In this document: in pieces, positions 22,946 through 27,714 of the stretch
How the letters are laid out: every line of letters begins with the position of its first letter
How positions within the stretch are numbered: position 1 is the first letter of the stretch
Source of the DNA: a virus
Taxonomy: Duplodnaviria; Caudoviricetes
IMG/VR virus record: IMGVR_UViG_3300023314_000009
Location: 1-27,714 of that record
Length of the DNA: 27,714 bases
Direction: 5' to 3' (one strand)
Notes under the pieces: generated by a model
What the model was told of the DNA's origin: nothing
Databases searched by the model: none
The model's input: only the letters and a program-made list of their open reading frames with translations
Program-made: the position numbers and the translations under genes

Positions 22946-25061
22946 CGTATTTCTCCATCTCTCCAAAGTTCGGTCCAATTTCTATGTCCACGGGAAAATT
23001 AAATGGAACATCTATGTTAAATCTTTCTAAAAATATCTTTGGTACATCTTCAACCACACTTCTTAAATACTTAAGGCAAGGTTCTAACACATCTGTACGT
23101 ACATAAAACCATTTCGAATCGTGAACCTCATTAATCATCTTGATTCTGTCTTGCTTCTGTATTAATGTTTTTAGCAATGCTACTGTAGTGGCTCCTTGTA
23201 TGCTGGCTGCTGTCCCTTGCATAGGATAGTTCTTAGGTTGTGTGAAGCTAAAGCTTTTACGTACGCCATATTTATTAGCTCTACCTGTATCTAAGAATGC
23301 CCACTTCTGTCCTATGAAACTCTTGTAATACCCAACTCTTCTTAGGTTCTCGTTATTATAGGACACATTACCATTATTGTCAAATATAGGAAGTAATTCT
23401 ACCTTACCTATAAATCTAGAACCATCTTTTCCTTTCTTCTGAGAAGCCGGGATACTAGACTCTAAACTAAGAGTAGCACTAGCTTCAACTTGATCTCTAA
23501 CAGTGTCGCCAAAAGATGCTGCGTCACAATAAGTTTCTTTCTCTTTAGCAAATATAGTTTCTACAATGCCTAAGTCTAGTCCTGTACTCTCTACAACCTT
23601 CTTAGGCTGAGCACCGTAAGCCATTTGATATGATACCGTTTTAGCAAACGTACGTTGCTTATCCCAATGAGGATCTTTATCCACTTTACATAGTTGGTAT
23701 AGCTCTTCGTAACTAATCTCAGGATTATAATATTGCAATCTAATAATATGCAGGTCAGTGCCGTCTAATAGATGCTGAATAAGAAGAGAATCATTACTAA
23801 GTAATGCAAGCACCCATATCTCTAGCTGACTGAAATCAATTTGCACACAAGTCCAACCATCAGGAGCAACAAATAAAGAATGTAAAGTTTTTCCAAACTT
23901 GTTTCTCTTGGAAACATTCTGCAAATTAGGATTGGAAGAGCTGAGCCTGCCAGTGCTAGTAAGAGTGTTATTAAAATTTGGGTATAAGCTCCCATCAATG
24001 CTCCTATCTATAAATGCTTGACAATATGTCTTAGCAGCCTTCTTATACATCATAGCTTCTTTTTGAAGACTGCAATACTCTTTCAGTAATGGGTTCTTTG
24101 TCTTCTCTCCAATTTTACGCATAACTCCATCATCAGTGCAATATAGCCCAGGCTTTTTACTTGCACTAGATATAGATGTAGGAACTCTAAATCCTTCGAC
24201 CCATATATGTTTTTCCATATTCTTGTATCTTATGTTACCGTTTTTATAATACCCAATTTGTTCTCTCTCCACAATCTTAATATTACCACCAAACAATACA
24301 GCGCTCTTATGGTCGGGACTATTTATATTAAACTCTGGAAGTCTTGGATCCATCCAATACTTTTTTAATATCTCTTGTGCTTTCTGAAGATTAATTATAT
24401 GTTGCTCATTAAAGTCTCTTAAGGTATGCTCACACTGTTTTAAATCTATTTTAATTCCTGTACATGTCATGTTACATATTGCTAACAGGTAGTCATTATA
24501 AAGCTTTATAATAGGTAACGTACCATCTTGTTTAGCTAGCTCATACTGTTTCTTAAATATTTTAATAGGTGTAGCACCGTCTGTTATACAGTATTGTTCA
24601 TAAAGTTTAAAAAGTCTAGGACATCTGACTTGTGCTTGAACAATTTTATCTGCACCTATGCCTTTCTTATACAGATAAGAGATTCGGCTTGGCTTTTCTT
24701 TAGCTCCGAGATGTTTAAGTTGTAATTCAGCAAGAGAACTAAAAGCATGTTGACATCCTGTTATATGATATTCTGCAACTTGTGTGTCCCATATCTTACC
24801 TCCTCTTAGAATATACTCCTGTAGTTCTGGGTCATTCCATATATAGCATAGATCAAATCCTATGTTATGTCCAATTATTAAATCAACACCGTCTAATTTA
24901 CACATAAGTTTTCTACGATAACCATTCTTATCATGGACTACATCAGTTCTATTTCCCCATCCAAATATCTGTGTATAAATATCATTCTTTGGATCACGAA
25001 ATGTAGGGCCATGTATTGTGGATCCAATTGACGTTTCAAAATCCAGAGATAATATTTTCAT
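22938..25061 (-). CDS. polA: Family A DNA polymerase with 3'-5' exonuclease
   Basis: Exo motifs DFET, HNIGFD, YC..D; TGRLSS..PNLQN; motif A DFSQLE; motif B R..AKTVSY...YG; NYPMQG; motif C VHDS. Confidence 0.95.
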   Translation of the reverse strand: MKILSLDFETSIGSTIHGPTFRDPKNDIYTQIFGWGNRTDVVHDKNGYRRKLMCKLDGVDLIIGHNIGFDLCYIWNDPELQEYILRGGKIWDTQVAEYHITGCQHAFSSLAELQLKHLGAKEKPSRISYLYKKGIGADKIVQAQVRCPRLFKLYEQYCITDGATPIKIFKKQYELAKQDGTLPIIKLYNDYLLAICNMTCTGIKIDLKQCEHTLRDFNEQHIINLQKAQEILKKYWMDPRLPEFNINSPDHKSAVLFGGNIKIVEREQIGYYKNGNIRYKNMEKHIWVEGFRVPTSISSASKKPGLYCTDDGVMRKIGEKTKNPLLKEYCSLQKEAMMYKKAAKTYCQAFIDRSIDGSLYPNFNNTLTSTGRLSSSNPNLQNVSKRNKFGKTLHSLFVAPDGWTCVQIDFSQLEIWVLALLSNDSLLIQHLLDGTDLHIIRLQYYNPEISYEELYQLCKVDKDPHWDKQRTFAKTVSYQMAYGAQPKKVVESTGLDLGIVETIFAKEKETYCDAASFGDTVRDQVEASATLSLESSIPASQKKGKDGSRFIGKVELLPIFDNNGNVSYNNENLRRVGYYKSFIGQKWAFLDTGRANKYGVRKSFSFTQPKNYPMQGTAASIQGATTVALLKTLIQKQDRIKMINEVHDSKWFYVRTDVLEPCLKYLRSVVEDVPKIFLERFNIDVPFNFPVDIEIGPNFGEMEKYDV

Positions 25062-25234
25062 TACACTAACCCCTTAGTTTTAAGTATTTGCCATCTAAGT
25101 TCTGCTCTCTCAGCTTGTAAATCATATATCTGTTCTTTAAGTCTTTTAGTCTCATTATAAAGTTCTAGAGCTCCATGCTTCTCATCTATAAATAAATCAA
25201 ACAATTCATCATATGTCTTCTTTAGTACTATCAT
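25061..25234 (-). CDS. Small coiled-coil protein, 57 aa
   Basis: MIVLKKTYDELFDLF...; TAATG-coupled to the polymerase. Confidence 0.55.
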   Translation of the reverse strand: MIVLKKTYDELFDLFIDEKHGALELYNETKRLKEQIYDLQAERAELRWQILKTKGLV

Positions 25235-25433
25235 AATTTTTACATCCTTCTAGAAGTTTACCATTAATAGCCACTAAATAAGAATCAGCACCTGAAGTTA
25301 TGAAACCTAATACTCTAGATTTAACTCCATTAGTTGTACCATACTGCAACAATCCTCTAACACCGTTAATATTTTCTATGAGAGATCCTTCCTCTACTGA
25401 CTCTCCTAACGCATCGTTACCTACAATCATCAT
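25209..25433 (-). CDS. Hypothetical protein
   Basis: 74 aa; GAGGAG RBS. Confidence 0.6.
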   Translation of the reverse strand: MMIVGNDALGESVEEGSLIENINGVRGLLQYGTTNGVKSRVLGFITSGADSYLVAINGKLLEGCKNYDSTKEDI

Positions 25434-25482
25434 TATCTCTCCTCATAACCTATGATTTCCACATCACAATACACTATTATTT

Positions 25483-26742
25483 CTACAATAGTTCTTTGTA
25501 TAAACTATACTTCTCTTCAAGCTTGCATGTAACAGAGACATGCTTCCCTCTCTTCTTCTTAGTTGTAGTGACATATCGTAAGCCAGGTGTATCATCATCC
25601 TGACCAATCATAATCATACAGTAGGCTGCACCTTGTTTACCACCACCTTTAGAACCAGCGGTATCCTTCTCTGTTAACCACTTACGGTGCTTAATTTGCC
25701 CGTCTTCTGTTCTGTAAGAAGTGTTACCTGCCTGTGTTGTACCTATAATGGGAACGCCGTCATTAGCAATACTTCTTATTTCATTATATATCTTAGTCAG
25801 GCATTGGATATCCAAACTGTCCGAAAGGACGTCCAACATATCTATAATAATAATACATGGGTTATACCTCTCTATCTTATCTTTAATCTTATACATATCC
25901 CTAGGGCCTCTTATAGACATTCCTATGAATAGCTCTTCTAAATAATTCTCTGCAAAATGCCCATTAACTTTCTCGAATCTTTCTACAATCTCTTCAAAGC
26001 CTCCAATACATTTCTCTTTGTACAAATTAGAAAGAAATCTTCCTGCTAGGTCTTCTTTAGTATCCTCACTAGTACAGTATAATATTGGCCTTGTATCTCC
26101 TCTGGCATGTAGTTGTTTGAATACATGTACAGCCTGTGACACACAGAATGCACTCTTACCTGCCCCCGAGTCAGCAGAGACGAGAATAAACTGCCCCGGC
26201 ATTAAACTATTAATACCTGCTTGTAATGCAGGAAGGAACCACGTTAGTCCATTAGAGGTGTCTAATTTTGATAGGTCGACATTGCTCAGTTTAAAAACAT
26301 CCTCATCACTACTCTTCTGGTATATCTGTAGCTGATCTTTTAAACTTGTCACAACTTCTTCTATCTTATTATGGCAGAAACCGTTTTCAACTATCTCATT
26401 TATTTTGACAATTGCTTCTCTTTCAAGCAGAGACGTGTACAATGAATTTCCAATTTCCGAATTAGAAATTAGAGGAAATACAGTGTCTCTATAGTATATA
26501 ATATCCTGCTCATCAAAATCTTTAGAATGCCAGTTTTGAGTGAACTCGTTATGGAATAATTCCCAATTAATATCCTCATTGTACTTTTCATAGTATTTCT
26601 TATAATCATTAAGCATTACGTTAGTTACAGGTATTAATCTCTTATGATTAAGCACATTATAGAACTTATCGAAATTCTTTTTTATAGACATACTCTTCAG
26701 TAATGAAGCCTCTAGAGTTATGTCTTCTTGTTTAATAGTCAT
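25483..26742 (-). CDS. Replicative helicase (SF4 / DnaB-like)
   Basis: ADSGAGKS Walker A, catalytic SED, IIIDM Walker B, TQA, K.G.A. Confidence 0.85.
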   Translation of the reverse strand: MTIKQEDITLEASLLKSMSIKKNFDKFYNVLNHKRLIPVTNVMLNDYKKYYEKYNEDINWELFHNEFTQNWHSKDFDEQDIIYYRDTVFPLISNSEIGNSLYTSLLEREAIVKINEIVENGFCHNKIEEVVTSLKDQLQIYQKSSDEDVFKLSNVDLSKLDTSNGLTWFLPALQAGINSLMPGQFILVSADSGAGKSAFCVSQAVHVFKQLHARGDTRPILYCTSEDTKEDLAGRFLSNLYKEKCIGGFEEIVERFEKVNGHFAENYLEELFIGMSIRGPRDMYKIKDKIERYNPCIIIIDMLDVLSDSLDIQCLTKIYNEIRSIANDGVPIIGTTQAGNTSYRTEDGQIKHRKWLTEKDTAGSKGGGKQGAAYCMIMIGQDDDTPGLRYVTTTKKKRGKHVSVTCKLEEKYSLYKELL

Positions 26743-27122
26743 TACCCCTCCAGAAGTTCTGGGTTCTCGTAGATATTACCTATAACAGTTACTCCAGGAT
26801 GGCTTAATATATGATATAGACTACTCCAACTATACCCACAAAGCCACATACCATCTGAACCAACTGTAACTACGACTCGCTTTGGGTTAGTTCTGTAATG
26901 CTCTTGTAAAATATCATCTTCATATATTTCTTTGCCGTTAATATCTTTAAGGCCTGTGGATTGCATCCATATCCAATCATTACAATCACCCATAATACAA
27001 CTCATAGGTAGAAAATATAATCTACAACTTTCTTCTAAATCAAATTGCCTGTATTCCTTAATGTAGTCCTTAGGGTAATACATTGTATCACCAGTATAGG
27101 CTCTGAATTTAATTTGCCTCAT
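26742..27122 (-). CDS. YopX-family protein
   Basis: MR.IKFRA, MQSTGLKD.NGKEIYE.DI, VIGNIYENPELL. Confidence 0.92.
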   Translation of the reverse strand: MRQIKFRAYTGDTMYYPKDYIKEYRQFDLEESCRLYFLPMSCIMGDCNDWIWMQSTGLKDINGKEIYEDDILQEHYRTNPKRVVVTVGSDGMWLCGYSWSSLYHILSHPGVTVIGNIYENPELLEG

Positions 27123-27292
27123 TATAATCTCCTTATTTTTCGTCTTTCTTCTCTATATAGAACCCCTTCTATTAATCTTAATTCTTTTCTAATATCTTGT
27201 AAATATATTCTTATGCTGAAATAGACGCACACCATAATAACCATCGAACAGAATACAACTATACTAAGCAATAATGGTATCAGAGTTATCAT
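27122..27292 (-). CDS. Single-TM protein, 56 aa
   Basis: MITLIPLLLSIVVFCSMVIMVCVYF...; AAGGAG RBS; TAATG-coupled. Confidence 0.6.
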   Translation of the reverse strand: MITLIPLLLSIVVFCSMVIMVCVYFSIRIYLQDIRKELRLIEGVLYREERRKIRRL

Positions 27293-27714
27293 TTATCTCT
27301 CCTTCAATTTCTTCATTAGATTTATCTTCTATTGGTATATTATATGACCTAATAACACAATCATCTGCATTATATTCATGGTCTAAAAATATCCTATCAA
27401 TTTCTCTTTGTGCATATCTAACACCCTGCCCACTCTTAACTGCTTTATTAGCTATGAATTCTACATCTTCATTAGTTAAATCCAAGCTAGGAGCACCTAA
27501 AGCAACTAAGTCCAACATCTTCTTAGGAAGAATTCTTTCTTTAATAATATTAGTGTAGTCTTCTAAAGTAAATTTGTCTAGCTCTATAATCATATTTATA
27601 CGACCTAAAAGCTCTGGTATAATACCTGCTTTAAGAATTTGTTCATCAAGAAGAGCACTTTCATCATTGCCGTGATGATCTTCAGTCTCATATGTAAAGC
27701 CCAACTTCTTAACT
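27264..27714 (-). CDS. ClpX-like AAA+ ATPase, C-terminal part (5' end outside window)
   Basis: Frame is open to the window edge: VKKLGF...GIIPELLGRI..I.EL..FT.ED...I...G.R.....I. Confidence 0.8.
   Translation of the reverse strand, partial: VKKLGFTYETEDHHGNDESALLDEQILKAGIIPELLGRINMIIELDKFTLEDYTNIIKERILPKKMLDLVALGAPSLDLTNEDVEFIANKAVKSGQGVRYAQREIDRIFLDHEYNADDCVIRSYNIPIEDKSNEEIEGEINDNSDTIIA

Noticed and set aside
740-27558. Plus-strand ORFs overlapping minus-strand genes (e.g. 740-1015, 3324-3674, 5823-6239, 14335-14700, 21963-22313, 26018-26335, 27274-27558) and the minus ORF 9048-9242
   Set aside because: Antisense shadows of well-supported genes, with no RBS or recognisable motifs.
1-27714. 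Stop-codon reassignment, or introns/inteins in terL, nrdA/B, polA or helicase
   Set aside because: Core genes are intact and of normal length in code 11, TAA, TAG and TGA all end genes, and no intein motifs were seen.

Overview
A 27.7-kb, AT-rich slice of a tailed dsDNA phage (Caudoviricetes; siphovirus-like neck genes). No integrase or repressor is visible. Almost all genes are on the minus strand. From right to left: ClpX-like ATPase (partial), YopX, SF4 helicase, family A DNA polymerase, T7 gp2.5-like SSB, PD-(D/E)XK exonuclease, HNH nucleases, metallophosphoesterase, class I RNR (beta then alpha), PhoH, DUF3310. Next is a promoter-to-terminator unit enriched in envelope proteins (DUF2845, dUTPase, two small membrane proteins, two tandem exported M48 Zn-peptidases), then small genes including a stand-alone DnaA domain IV protein. 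A short plus-strand block of small genes (about 9.0-10.6 kb) lies between a divergent control region and a GC-rich convergent junction. A perfect sigma70 promoter with a long structured leader then heads the lysis, packaging, head and neck operon (holins, TerS, TerL, DUF4055 portal, split gp7-like protein, scaffold, P22-like coat, neck proteins). The most notable signals are the twin M48 envelope module, a repeated -35-less promoter motif, three GTAAA-N6-GTAAA (CpxR-like) boxes hinting at a Legionellales-like host, a holin with an endolysin-like tail, and the structured leader RNA. Family calls come from motif recognition by eye; no database searches were run.
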